Shown: positions 13,001-26,249 of the stretch, piece after piece
How positions within the stretch are numbered: position 1 is the stretch's first letter
Layout of the letters: every line of letters begins with the position of its first letter
DNA from: Trichoplax adhaerens
Taxonomy: Eukaryota; Animalia; Placozoa
Length of the DNA: 64,000 nucleotides
Reading direction: 5' to 3'
Assembly: GCF_000150275.1 (NCBI RefSeq)
Contig: NW_002060947.1
Span: 10,494 to 74,493 of the forward strand
Made by a program: the position numbers and the translations under genes
The notes under the pieces: model-generated
Told to the model about the DNA's origin: nothing
Databases searched by the model: none
What the model saw: only the letters and a program-made list of their open reading frames with translations

Positions 13001-14326
13001 ATCAGGAACAAAATCTGAAAATAAAAAGAAGAAAGATGACGATAAATCTCGAAATCTGTTAAGAAATACAGGATTGAATATTTCAAAACGAATAATGCCT
13101 AGTGATAAAATTAGACGATCATCTGTTACTTCGGCACAGAGTGATACTGTTTTACTCAAGGATCAAGATTCAGCATCATCACGAATTCCTAGAAAAGTCT
13201 CATCAGCTAAACCTTCGACATCAGCTAAAATTCGCCTTCGTACGCGTTCATTAGTAAAACAACCGATCAATTTGAAACATACTAAACCTTATCCTAATAG
13301 CGTAAAGGCAATGTCCAAGACTAGAGTGGAAGGAAATAGCTTTAATAGAACTATTCCACGATCCTCTACCTATGGTCCAGTTAGGAGCTCTGCAAATAAA
13401 TCATTAGAGAAAGCAGATTTCAACACTTTATATGAAGGTAGAAAGCGATAATATAATTGATTTAGCATCAATTCCGCCAATTTAACATTTACGTATGCGT
13501 ATTGTTTGATATTTATAATTCTTCCTACGATGTGATATACATACATGTTATTGCAAACGACCCTATTTCAACTTTACTCAAGCACTAATTAATGTTACTA
13601 AATATAACAAAAATGATTATTACTGTCTTTTAACACGTTATTACTTTAGCTTGCTATTATTTAACAATTAGGCTTTCATTTTTAATCCTACTAGCTAATA
13701 ATGTGAGCGAGAGTGTTGCTCATTTCATCATGGCCGAAAGCCTATGCAAAAAAAGTCTATCGGAAAGTCAAATTGAAGATTTATTAAAAGCAAAAAATGC
13801 ACCAAAAAAGAAACAAGTCAAGCCTAGCGCTTTATCGATAGAAGAGAAAAGATTATTAGCTTCCATTCAAAGATTAGACGCGAAATTAGAAGGTATGCTC
13901 GAATTGACATATATTTAGCACAAACATTCAGGATACCAATTCTGTTCCATGCTCTTTGGTGTCCTATACTAAAATAAGAAACAGTTATTTACTCCACCCT
14001 ATTTTATGGAATATTTACTGATACAGAAACAACTGCTGCAAATGCTGAGCTTATCCGTAAACATTTAGCCGGTGTAGAAACATTTAAACCGCAAGTAAGT
14101 AATGGAATTAAAAACACGAATATGTGCTCTTCTTCGTATGATTTATCATGACTAATTTAATTCATAGCTACGAAAGAGAATTTCCAAAGCAACTCAGCCC
14201 ATTCGCCCCCAACAATTTTACGAAATGAACGTTGCATTAAAAGCTAACAAACAGCAACAGAAAATTAAATCTCGAAATACTAGAGTTGAAGATGGGTTTC
14301 ATCAAAATAGAACAGTCAGGTTGTAG
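10012..14326 (+). CDS. CEP126: CEP126 (KIAA1377)-like centrosomal protein, multi-exon (approx. 10012-10080, 10242-10285, 10651-10767, 10885-11032, 11428-13437, 13695-13892, 14026-14094, 14168-14326)
   Basis: The N-terminal coiled coil (VKIH...ERLMEQQ...ENNKRRKQYEQQK...RERLLASRRRK) and the C-terminal blocks SESVAHFIMAESL and SALSIEEKRLLASIQRLDAKL resemble my recollection of CEP126. Long low-complexity middle exon; GT-AG junctions. Confidence 0.7.
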
Positions 14327-14537
14327 ATTTTTTTGGTGCACTAGTTCATACAAGCTGCTATTTAGGTAATTTTAAGAAGTGAAAATTCTCATATTAATTT
14401 TACAGTTAAAAATTAGATATTTGAAATTTCGGTAATTCTACTCTGCAATATGCTAGAAATTTGTACTCGAACACTAAGATTATCTCACATAAAACAAATT
14501 ATCACTCATAGTTAATGTAAAATTTATCTATACTGTG

Positions 14538-14856
14538 NNNNNNNNNNNNNNNNNNNNNNNNNNNNNNNNNNNNNNNNNNNNNNNNNNNNNNNNNNNNNNN
14601 NNNNNNNNNNNNNNNNNNNNNNNNNNNNNNNNNNNNNNNNNNNNNNNNNNNNNNNNNNNNNNNNNNNNNNNNNNNNNNNNNNNNNNNNNNNNNNNNNNNN
14701 NNNNNNNNNNNNNNNNNNNNNNNNNNNNNNNNNNNNNNNNNNNNNNNNNNNNNNNNNNNNNNNNNNNNNNNNNNNNNNNNNNNNNNNNNNNNNNNNNNNN
14801 NNNNNNNNNNNNNNNNNNNNNNNNNNNNNNNNNNNNNNNNNNNNNNNNNNNNNNNN
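14538..14856. other. Assembly gap
   Basis: Run of N. Confidence 0.99.
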
Positions 14857-15147
14857 AGAGAGTAAAATGATGTTAAATGATGAATGGCTCTGCTTTAATT
14901 TAGTAATGAGTGAAATATAAACATGTCTCGTATTGTAATCATAAAGCGAAATAATCGCCAAATTATAATACCATATACAAGAATATAAATAAATTTACAA
15001 AACTACGTCTAACATCATTTTGATTAACAAAGTTTGCAAAACTTTTACTATCGAATACTGATAGTAATTCCGATAGTATTTAAAAACGCAATAGCCACCA
15101 AGACACTTTGTGAAATTGTAGAAACAACCCAGATGCAGCATTTCATA

Positions 15148-17982
15148 TTACCATTGATCGCCTAGCGATGTTAGTGATTTCTGCTTGAACAAAATAAATA
15201 CATTTTTGTATATAAATTGTCATTATCAGTGAAGATGCTTACTAAAGAACAATAGAAACAATACTTAATACTTCTGGCTTAAGATGTTACGATTCATTTA
15301 ATGATTACATTCCTTAGGAAGGCCTGAGTAAGTCTTTACCTGTGCTCGTATTTTTGATAGGACTTCCATCATGTTATCCAATTCCTGCCTGAAATAATTG
15401 ATCTGCTCATTTTTGGCTAGTAATATTCGCTGCCATTTTTCCTGTTGGAAAGGACAAAACTCGACGTTAGTACCCAACTTTCTTACTATGTGTAGAATGT
15501 AATAATTAAATGAATTATAAGACGAACAAAAAAGTACTATGGTTATAAAGATGGTAAATTTTGCACTGTGTATTTGTAATAACCGTTAGGCAATATCCAC
15601 AATTGATTTGTCTTCCAAAAGTTAAACAAAAAAAACGTGAACTTATGCATTGAAGATTATCAAAAAATACTGGCAGACAAATTATCAACCCTAACTTAAA
15701 TCAGTGAGTATGCTCTATATCCGTCAATGACCAAAAGGAAAAATAAATTTGAGGTCCGAAGATATAACAATTGTTTACGTTGGCATTGCCATTATTACAA
15801 AGCATGTTACCTCTCGCTCGTTTACATCGAATTCATTCATGCCATTAGAAAAGTTGATCATATTCTTTAATTCATTCTCCCTCTCTTTATACCTTAAAAT
15901 TTAGTAAGACGTACACAACTAAACGATTGATATACTTTTTAAATTTTACCTTAGCATATTAATTTGACTATGCGCATATATGCTATCGCATATCCATTGC
16001 AAAAGGTAGCATAAATCACGGACCCTACAGCAGTAATGCAATTAAACGGATCTATACTTACTTTTTTTCAAGCTGGTTAACTTTCGATAAAAGGAAACTG
16101 AAGTGGCGCAAGTCCTTGTGGTGCGTAACAATAGTCCGTTATTAGCTGTTTAAAAGCAGACTCAAATAAGCAAAGTTACTGTATCATTTCAATTAACGAA
16201 CCGGATTAGAAACATCTTTGATTAATGTCAATTCTTCCTTCAGTTCGGCGACGCTGTCCTTTAATGATACTTCGCGTTGTTGATAGATGTCGACAGTTTT
16301 TACTACTTTGTTAGCATCAGTCAGCTTCCGTCGAAGCTCTTCTATAAGTAGCTGCGCAAAAGTGGTATTTCTTTACTATAAAGCTCGAAAAGTATGCATA
16401 TGAGAATCTAAATCTTACCTTCTGGCTTTCTATCTTGGCATTCTTTTCTGATAAATTGATTTCTGAATGTTGATTAACATAAATTCGAAATTCTTCCATA
16501 TGCTTCTCTTTCATTTCCTCCATCTAACAAAAATATATAGATAATCTAGTGATTCATGAGAAATATCATATACGTATTAATCGGTCCAATTGCAACTTCT
16601 GCGAGAGCTCGATAATATAACAATTTAAACACGGTGTCCTCTTAGTAATATCTTGGCCTATTCACATTCATAACTATAATAAGCTGAGTATCAAAGAGAC
16701 CTGCACTAGGAGATCCTTCCGAGTATTTTCAAGCAAAGATCTTTCTTGATGAATTTGGTCGTGTAATGATTTGACGTCGCTCTCGTATTCTAGCTTTAAA
16801 TTTGCAATCTGTATCCGAGATTAAAATTAAAATGTGACAGTAAATTTAAATTGCTAAGAGTGAAATGCTATAATGATCTCAGATAACTTGCACATCCAGA
16901 TAAATTATGTTGTAATGATTTATTACCTGATTTTCTAATGCATTTTTCTCATTTGATACATCTGCGAGTTCGGATTCTAGCAGATATCGCGGGTTATAAT
17001 TTTTATCTTCTTGGTTAGATTGTACTGCTGCATTCTGATTTTCGGGGGCAGCAATATTTTGCATAATTTGCTAATCAAAAGAAAATCTGAATATCACTTC
17101 CTAAGTTCCTATTTACCAATGCGAAGGAGGTAAACATTAATTTCTTACTATTGACTTCTTGGGCGTCTTCCTTATGTCGGTCTTCTTCCTTTTAATCTCC
17201 TTGGTTGATTTTAAACGTCCATTTTGGCTCTTGATATCCTTAATGTCTGCAATTTTTAACTTTGTTATTTCCAGCAATTTCTTAACAATTACTTCCAACT
17301 GATCTTTCGTTGGTCTTTCCGCATTTATCTCAAGATTATCATCCTTCAATGATATAATAGCTTCATCGACACCTAATTATGTGAGCACGCAACCATTAAA
17401 CTACAATGAATTAATGCTATCGAGAAAAATATCACGCTGCCCGTTTTGGCAATGTCATTACCTGGAGATGCAGATGATGTGGTTACATTGGACAATGATT
17501 CAACTGCAGTGGTAATATCCTTTAACATTTGCGCATCTCTTTGTTTATGTCTTTCCTTCAAACTTTCGAGTTCTTTCTCTAAAGCTTGAGTGCGAGTATA
17601 CGGATGAACTGAGCGTTGATGATATTCACCAGTTAATCTTGATAGTCTGTTAGTGGCGGTAGCTAGTTGTGTTTCTAGATCGGTTACACGATCGTCGTAC
17701 TTAATCTGTAATATTTAGTTGGCAAAAATACAGTAAGTGGCAATTAAAATTTACCAACTAACAAAATAATTTGAGACAAATCCTAAGATTCACGTATTAG
17801 CTTATAAAATTTATGAATTATCAACATCAAACTGAAACATATATTATTATAATATTACAATAATTAGGTTTGAGAGCAGTAATATATTTTTGAATAAATA
17901 AAAATTTTTAAACATACAGTAATGCCAGAGGAATGAAGATACAACATCATTTTCATCGACAGCAGAAATGAAGTTGCTATTC

Positions 17983-18013
<31 letters not shown>

Positions 18014-21000
18014 TTACGAAACTAAGTGCACACTACTTATTTACCTTCATCCCTTCATTTAGCTGCTTAAGTGATCTAATACTCTTTTCGTTTTCAATTT
18101 CCTTCTCCTTTAATTCTTCTTTCAGTTTTTGGAGCTCATTCTCAAGATAAATAGCAGAATGGGGCGATTTTGATTCATTGTCAACACTAGGTTCATTACC
18201 GGAAGATGCATTAGCAGCATAAATCAAAGCAGATATCGAATTTGGATAACGACGCTTGATGATTTCATCCATTTCTCTAATCTATTGCCGAGAAAAGCCT
18301 GATTAAAGACACAAATCACATGAAGTAATGCGAATAAATATTAAGTCTTATCATACCTGTCGCTTATGGTCCTTAATCTGTTGTTCATATAACTGTCGTT
18401 GGCTAGTATATAATTCGCTTTCTTGGATTTCTGTTGCAGCCTTGATTTTTAAAATTAAGTGGAATGAAATGTAACATGTGCGTGCGTATGTCTTAAGCGA
18501 GATCTAGCAAATGCAATTTTTGTCACATCTTAAAATGATAGGGAGAACTTAATAAAGCAGAAATATATGATTCATTGCAACGAGTTTTGCTAACTTTTTT
18601 CTTCAATTCTTCTACTTGCTGATTTAATTCTTTAATTTGAAGTCGCTTCTCTTTAATTTCATTGCTGTCATGATCTAAAAGCTGCTGATTTTCGGCGTAC
18701 CATTTCAATTTTTCACGCATGTCGCTCAATTCCTTTTCGTATCTTTCTTTTAATTCGCTTAAATTCTCTGCGGTAATCACTGTAGAATGTTAAACATGAT
18801 TTAACAATTGCTAGAAAGAATTCGTCATCCCAATTATGCTTTAACATGATGAAAATTAGCTTACTTTTGCCTTCTTCAATATGGCTTTTATATTCATTCA
18901 GCTCACGCACCAATTTATCTATGTGCTTCTCAAGTTCACCTTTGATTACTTCAAGTTGATCTACTTCTTGTCTTAAATTAAGTTCACGCTCTTTACTTGC
19001 CTTAAGTTCTGATTCTAATTCAGCAATTTTTCCTGCTCCTAAAATAATTGGATTAGTTTTCTGAACAGGATCAAATCCAACTGCCTCAAGTTTATTCCTA
19101 CAAATAGAAAGAGTTAACAATATTAGCTACTGTAAAATTATAACAATAGATCATATTATCCACTACTTAATCATATACAAATACTATACGCGTATTGGAA
19201 ACGATTTCCTAATTTTTTTAAGCTTACTTTAAAGACATTATTTCAACCTTTAGTTGCTCATTTTCTGTGTACATTTTCTTTTCGATGGCTTTACTACGGT
19301 TTCGAGTTAATTTAAGTTCTTCATATAATCTTTCATTTTCCTGTTCATAGTGAATTGCAAACCGAAAAGGACGAAATGTAAATGTTACAATATATGTTGT
19401 GATGTAATAATGCTTAATTTCTTGGATAGGATGTTTCATTGACATTATTTTATAAATAATTAAATACTGTACTACCTTAATCTTAACCCTAACTAGGTTG
19501 TATTATAGTAGTAACATCAAGCATCCCAGGAATGCCTTTTCCTTCGGTGATAACTTACAGTTTGATAACCCTTTAATAATGATTCTTGGTCCTTAATGTC
19601 CTTTTCTAAAGTTTTCAGTTCATTGTTCGTAGATCCTTCGAGACCACCACCTCCTATAACTCGTTTTCTGGCATTTAATTGCTCCTCATATTCTCGAATC
19701 TTCGATGATAAGTGTCAACAACAATAAGCCAAATAGTCAAGACAAACATTTGATAGAATTCATAACCACATCTTATGTTATCGTAATTCAAACCTTTGCA
19801 AGTAATATGAAGTTGTCCTGTTTTACATCATGCATCTTTTTTTCCATCGTAAGTTCAAGTTCTCGCTGTTGCTGTGCCAATGAGCTTTCCCTGACTTTGA
19901 AATCTTCTATCAATTTTTCTACTTTATTCTTTTCTTCCATCCAAGCATCTTTCCATTTTGTACTTTCATCATTTTTGCTTGATTCCATCTTGTTTAGTTG
20001 CATAAAAAAAGAAATAAATATCTAAAATTCTGAAGAATATACTCTACATATTATCAGAATGAAGGGCAGTAAAGTTTATAAATACCTGAGGAGAGGCTGA
20101 AATTTTGGTTGTTTTCCCAACTACATCCTGAATATAATTGGCAAAAGACTCTACAGACGCTGCTATTAATTGAGCATCCCGATTTTGTATACTAACAGGT
20201 ATGTTACTACTACCTTTTGGCGCATTTCTATTGAATATGAATATATAGTGACTAAATTAGTAAGTCAGCTCTTGAAATAAAGTAAACCCATTTTGTAAAA
20301 AATTTTAGTATAATTTTAAACGAAATAAGATATAGGCGTATACATGTAAATGTACCTATTAGGAGTTTTTTTAACCGGAGTAGAATGTGGCTCCTTACGA
20401 GGCGTATTTCCGTGCTGAGTGCGAGGATCACGCTTTTTCGCAATGATTTTATTTCTTTCTATAAAGTTTTTGGTTGACGATACAGGGGTATTTGCGGCAG
20501 GAGAATAACTACTAGATTTAGGCTTGTATTGATCACTTGAATTTTTAAACTTTTCTCTAGCGGCTCTTAGCTTTTTCTCCATGCTTGCCGACTTCGTAAC
20601 GCTAATGTTACTATCTGAATCAGTTTCAATAGCTTGAAGATCAAAACCTCGTTGTTCATTGACATTATCAACCTGGCTCTTTATGGGTATTCTTTCATCT
20701 TCTGATTCTGTTGCTACCAGTTGTAAATCAAAACCTCTCGGTTCTGCTACTTGATCAGGCGTTGATTGTTCTTGTTTATGAGAAACATTTTGTAAGCCCT
20801 TAGTTGGTAAACTCAATTTGGACTGGCCATCTGCAATTTCGTCATTTGTCTCGTTGTCGTCATTATTACGAACTAAGTTCTCGCTTTCCTGCCTTGATTT
20901 GTCAAAGATTGTTACGGCATCATTTGTAGTTGGATGGTTGAAAACTGGAAGTGTTTCTCCTGAATGAATATCTGTATCATTTTTAGGCTGTTCTGGTAAT

Positions 21001-22019
21001 AGCGGTGCAACATTTTCAGCATTTTTGTTATTATTATCAGTATTATTGTCGATAAAATTGGTGGTGCTTAAAGTTTCGTCATCACCAGTTAATCCGGCAT
21101 TTTCAATTAATTTTTTGATAGCATCGAGATCACTAGTAGCGCCAGATTTGGTATTGATTGCACTGTTGACCGTGCCAAGTTTAATGCTGTCTTCAAAAAT
21201 ATCATTATCGTCCTTAATGGTTTGTTGCAATGTAGAATCAAGGGTATCAGCTAAGGATACTTTTGACAACATTGACGGTTTAATGGGATGGTTGTTATTC
21301 TTTTCCAATGTAGCATTATTCGATTGTGATTGCAACGGTTCAGAATTGGTAGTAGGGTCTTGAAGTTGATCATTAACAGTCCAATCGGTAACATCTTTAT
21401 TTTCATCACTATTAGCATCTACTGTTGCTGATTTATTCTTACTTGATATAGAAGTCATATTATCAGAATTTTCCAATTGATCACATAAGTTAGCATAGGG
21501 TACATTATCACCATAATTTTTTTGTAAACGATTAAACAATTCTTTCTTTTCTTCCATTTCCTTCAAGGTATCTTGATCGCCGGCAGAGCCACCTAGTTCT
21601 TTGTTATTGCGATTTATCGATATTCTACTATCATCTACAGTAACCGTTGGCTGATTTTTACTATCATGTAAAGGATCTGTAGTAGCGTGATCATCAACTA
21701 GTAAATCCGTGTTGGAATCATCAACTCTAGTAACTGCTTGTTTCGAGGTAAGACTTTGCATATTTTTGCTTGGCTCAGTGGTAAACCAATCGTCAGCATT
21801 GTCATTATCTGAAGTAGTATCGTCTGTCTCATCCATAGCAGTACCACCGGAATACCACGATGGCAATGATACATTAGCTTTCTTATTTTTTCGTTTCCCT
21901 TTATCAGTTTTGTTTTTCTGACTGGTGCCAAAGTGAAGGCCAGCAGAAGAATCAGACGATGCATCTCCACCCAGGATATCTTGCAAATCGCGATTGAACT
22001 CTTCATCACTAAGAGCCAT
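15148..22019 (-). CDS. CEP162: CEP162 (KIAA1009/QN1)-like centriole distal-end/transition-zone protein, many exons
   Basis: N-terminal MALSDEEFNRDLQDIL; conserved blocks LKWYAENQQLLD, IIKRRYPNSISALIYAA, PDLRHFSFL and KNEQINYFRQELDNMMEVL; long coiled coils. The terminal exon 15148-15180 is less certain. Confidence 0.85.
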
Positions 22020-23574
22020 CTTGCAAAGTGATTTGGTATTCTATTTCTTGGTTGGTTATAAACTTTACGTGTATTATCAAGTAGACACAATTGCTGTATA
22101 ATCAATTCATCATAACCTTATCCTAAATGATTGAATAAACAATATTGGACTTGTTAGTCAGCATGACCGTAAAATCATTCAATCATTCCTTACGAAGAAT
22201 TTGAATCAAAGTATGGTATAATTAGATTAAAAGCAATTTTACGAATGTATTGAGAAAGTAGAATAAAGTTATGTCGAAGACAACTTTTTATAAAGGTACA
22301 AAGCTTAATTGTAGTCTAATTTTTCTTATGATAGGGAAAGGCAATGAAATTTGAGGGGGGGGGAGGAGATTTTTTTGTACGACTACCAAATCTATGCTAG
22401 TTTTAGTAATGCAGTAAGTAACCATGAGTTAAAAATCCATCCTTACCTTGATGCTATCCTGACTGAATTAAAGTACTGTACTGCTACCATGACTGATACT
22501 ATCGTTGCAGAGCAAATACTGATACTATTTTGGAAGGCACTGGTTGTGATACTCTGAGTATATTTGTTTACATTGACCTTCTCAGCTGGCATATTCTGTT
22601 TTATATGGTATATGAATAGTGCTTCAATATCAACATTCACCATGATAAAGTGTGGGCACAATAATCCTAAGTAGCGAGGAGGATCATGATTGAAATTATT
22701 CTATATTTGCAATGTTGTAGGTAAGTTTAACTACTGTATGTAATCGATACGATTCTACTAACAGTGGCCATCGATAACCGATAATGGAGTTCATGCGTAC
22801 AATAAACACTATCCATGGAAATGATAGCAAAATAGCATAGTAAATCGTTTACTGTAGTTACGTTGAACAATTTGATCTCATTGTTGGTGCCCTATCTACT
22901 CAGTATGCATGTATAAATTTGCCAAGATACTCTAATGGATCCGTAAAAAATAATAATAATATCATACTGTATACATACAGTAACAGCAACTGTATTATCA
23001 TGCAATACGACAAATTGGATGATGATGAACTTTATAGCTACTGGTATCCATTTGCTGATTCAGTAAGATTATTTCTCTAAATCTTAAGATGGAAAATGTT
23101 CTTTTACTTTGACACTATTTTGATGTCAATCGATTACCAGTTGAGCGATTGATCGCATAGTATTACTGGCAATCCAGTCTTTCTTGAACAAAGTCGATCA
23201 TGTATGTTATTCGAATATGCTTATGGATTAAGTTGGCTTTCCAATAGAGTTCTACTGCAAGTAACAGCATCACATTGAACAATTTCTCCAAGACAACAGC
23301 GGGTATTATCGCAAAAATCACATTGTATCGACTTACCATTCAATCATGGAATGGAGTTAGCTGGATTAAGCGTAATCAAGGTTGAATTTGGATCATTTTT
23401 GCTGGTTCTAAGAAAGGATTAGACATAGAGATATGATCCGATCCAATCCATCCTTCCTGAAATTGATTTGAGATTGGAATTCTGCACCGCTTAAAGTCGC
23501 TACTGATTCGGCGTACTGTATGCGTCAGTCATCTCGCTTGTCACTCGCAGAGTGAGAGGGGAGAGACTGTTACT

Positions 23575-24265
23575 CACTTACAGTACAATGTACTGTACTG
23601 GAAGATCGAAGATCTTTATACTGTACAGTACTGTACACTTTACAGTGTACCGTGTGTACACTCAGTGTACAGTACAAAAGTTTCGTGAGCTACAGTACTG
23701 TACTGTACAGTATGTACGGAAAACATAGTGCAATATAGTGTTTCAAGCCCGAGCCCTGCTGCATACACTACTATAGTATTACCAGGCATTACGATCGAAT
23801 TACAACGCTTCCAGCAAAAGCTTGGATCTACAATACTGTACAGTACAGTACAGTACAGTACAAATCAATTTTTTTGGCGCCAAATTACTAAATGAATCAA
23901 GCTGCCCATCACAAGTTATTGCTACTAGTACCTGTAAATCCACTCCTTCTCCTTTCGTTGGGTATAACATTGATTGAAGAAGCGTCCAATTTTGATACAT
24001 TTGTTTTCACGAAAATCGTATCAATTAGACTCTTCCATCCTATACCATGCCATGTACAGACGTAAAATTGAAAGACGAGGACGGACCATGGGATGATGCC
24101 AAGGCTGACTCCAGTACAGTGTACAGTGTACCGTACAACGCGGTAGGTACAGTACTAGATACTGTAAGCTCAGAACTACTGGAAAACAGCTCCTTTTGCC
24201 TAGTTGCTATGGAGCCCAGGCCAAGCCAGGCTAGGCTAGGCTAGGCTATACAGTACAGTATACTT
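23575..24265. promoter_or_regulatory. (GTACN)n / TACAG-TACTG arrays in the divergent CEP162-GPN2 intergenic region
   Basis: Dense runs such as cagtacagtacagtacagtacagtaca (23841-23861), tactgtacagtactgtac, and (GGCTA)n at ~24229-24248. The regulatory role is inferred from position. Confidence 0.6.
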
Positions 24266-24528
24266 TACCGAGTGTCAAGCGACAGTAGAGGCTTGCTGTT
24301 ACAAAAAGCACCTCAAAGGCTCCATAATGGCTGCAGTAGCTCAATAAATCTCCTATCAAGCAATTTGCTTTCCGTAATCAATCGAACAAGAATAATAACT
24401 ATAAAGTTTCTATGTTGTTGAATTGCAGGGAATTGGCCATCGAATTCATTGAATACGCGCTCGATAAATCCAACATTATTCATTGCATTGCAATTCATCG
24501 CTGAAAGCATCCACTTCAAATCCCAGTA

Positions 24529-25962
24529 ATGCCTTACGGTCAATTAGTGATTGGACCTCCTGGTTCAGGCAAAACTACATATTGCCATGGCATGCAACAA
24601 TTTCTATCAACAGCTTGTAAACGTAAAGTCACGGTGGTCAATTTAGATCCAGCAAATGACTCGCTCCCTTATCAATGTGATATTAATATTTCTTCCTTAG
24701 TGACTGTCGAAGACACAATGAAGTTGCTCAAGTTAGGTCCCAATGGTGGTTTAATTTATTGTATGGAATATTTAGAGAAAAATATAGACTGGCTGGAAGA
24801 TCAGTTGAGTAAATTCAGCGATTGCTATTTCTTATTTGATTGCCCTGGTCAAGTAGAATTGTACACTCACCATAAAGCGGTCAGATCTATTGTAGAACGA
24901 CTACAGCAGTTAGATTTTAAGGTGCGTCTACTGCAAAATGGAGCATGCGAGTGTTTATTTTCTTCTCTGAACAATTTTATAATTATATCATTCTTCTTGA
25001 TGCTTCTTCAATTTTTTTATACGTATGCAATGACTCAATCAGCTGGTTGCAGTCCATCTCGTCGATTCACATTATTGTACAGATCCATCCAAATTTTTAT
25101 CAATTCTCTTAACATCCTTGTCTACCATGCTGCAAATTGAATTGCCTCACGTAAATATTTTATCCAAAATTGATCTTATTGAAAGCTATGGCAAACTAGG
25201 TAATTATACTGTACAATCATTTGCCCACAATTATACCTAATTTTTCAAATGCAAGTGTTACTACTACTGTAACGTATGCATAGAACATTATATACCTTCT
25301 ACTGTGTACCTGCATGCTTACTACGCATGCTAAGACTACACTAAGAAATACACTTAATTTTGGTATTCTAGCTTTCGGTTTAGATTTTTATACCGAAGTC
25401 TTAAACTTGGACTATTTATTGGAACGAATGAATGAAGACGCATTCAGTAAAAAATATCGCAAACTCAGTGCAGCTCTGGCTGGGCTGATCGAAAATTATA
25501 GTCTAGTCTGGTTTGCTACTTTGAATATTCAGGTGCTAAAATCAACTCTCACACGTAAATTTTTGCTGTAAGACTGTGTGATATACTGTAGTGCACTACT
25601 CGTTTATTATCCACAATAAATTCACCATTTTAACGATATCGTTTCATTTTATATACAGGATAAAGAAAGCGTTGCCAATGTTGTTAAAATTATTGATAAA
25701 GCCAACGGATATATATTTAATAAAGCCGACCATAACATAGCTGCGTTGATGTCGTCCGCTGTTGGTGCCGATTTTGACTACTTTAAATATCCTTTAATAG
25801 AATCTAACATTATCTTAAACTAGTTTCGATATTTCAACTTCGTATATTTGTAATACATATTGTTTTTGGAAACGGAAATTTCCCATAACAAAAGGTACGA
25901 ATGCTAAAGTCAAAGAACTGCATCTACGATCTGATAATGCACCACTGGATGATGACAAATAA
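24529..25962 (+). CDS. GPN2: GPN-loop GTPase 2 (exons 24529-24921, 25043-25199, 25372-25532, 25660-25786, 25899-25962)
   Basis: [10 protein letters not shown]-loop, NLDPAN, LGPNG (GPN loop), [25 protein letters not shown]. The last exon is reached through an AT-AC intron. Confidence 0.95.
25787..25898 (+). other. U12-type AT-AC intron in GPN2
   Basis: 5' site ATATCCTTT; branch TTTCCCATAAC (~25879-25889); ends ...GGTAC. Splicing gives [15 protein letters not shown]...DDDK*, in register with the GPN2 C-terminus as I recall it. Confidence 0.85.
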
Positions 25963-26249
25963 ACAAAATGCCAAGAAAAAACATTTTCAAGTACAGTAAT
26001 ACCACCTTTTCTTGGAATCATAGAAGCCGGTTTTCACGCTTCGATATCACATTCTACAGCATACCCAGTATTGCAGTCTCAAATTGTTTGCCTAAAGAGT
26101 TTTATGCGATATAAACTATGATAGATAGCATGGAAAGAACTCTCCTTGAAGCGATACCGCATAGAGTTGTAGGTGCTGTGGATGATTATATCAACTACTA
26201 CCATATTTCTATCATAATAGTTTGAAGGGCTATATTGTGAAGTACTATC

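Noticed and set aside
14524-14961. ORFs made of X residues
   Set aside because: Artefacts of the N gap.
17988-18011. (AT)n microsatellite in a CEP162 intron
   Set aside because: Ordinary simple repeat.
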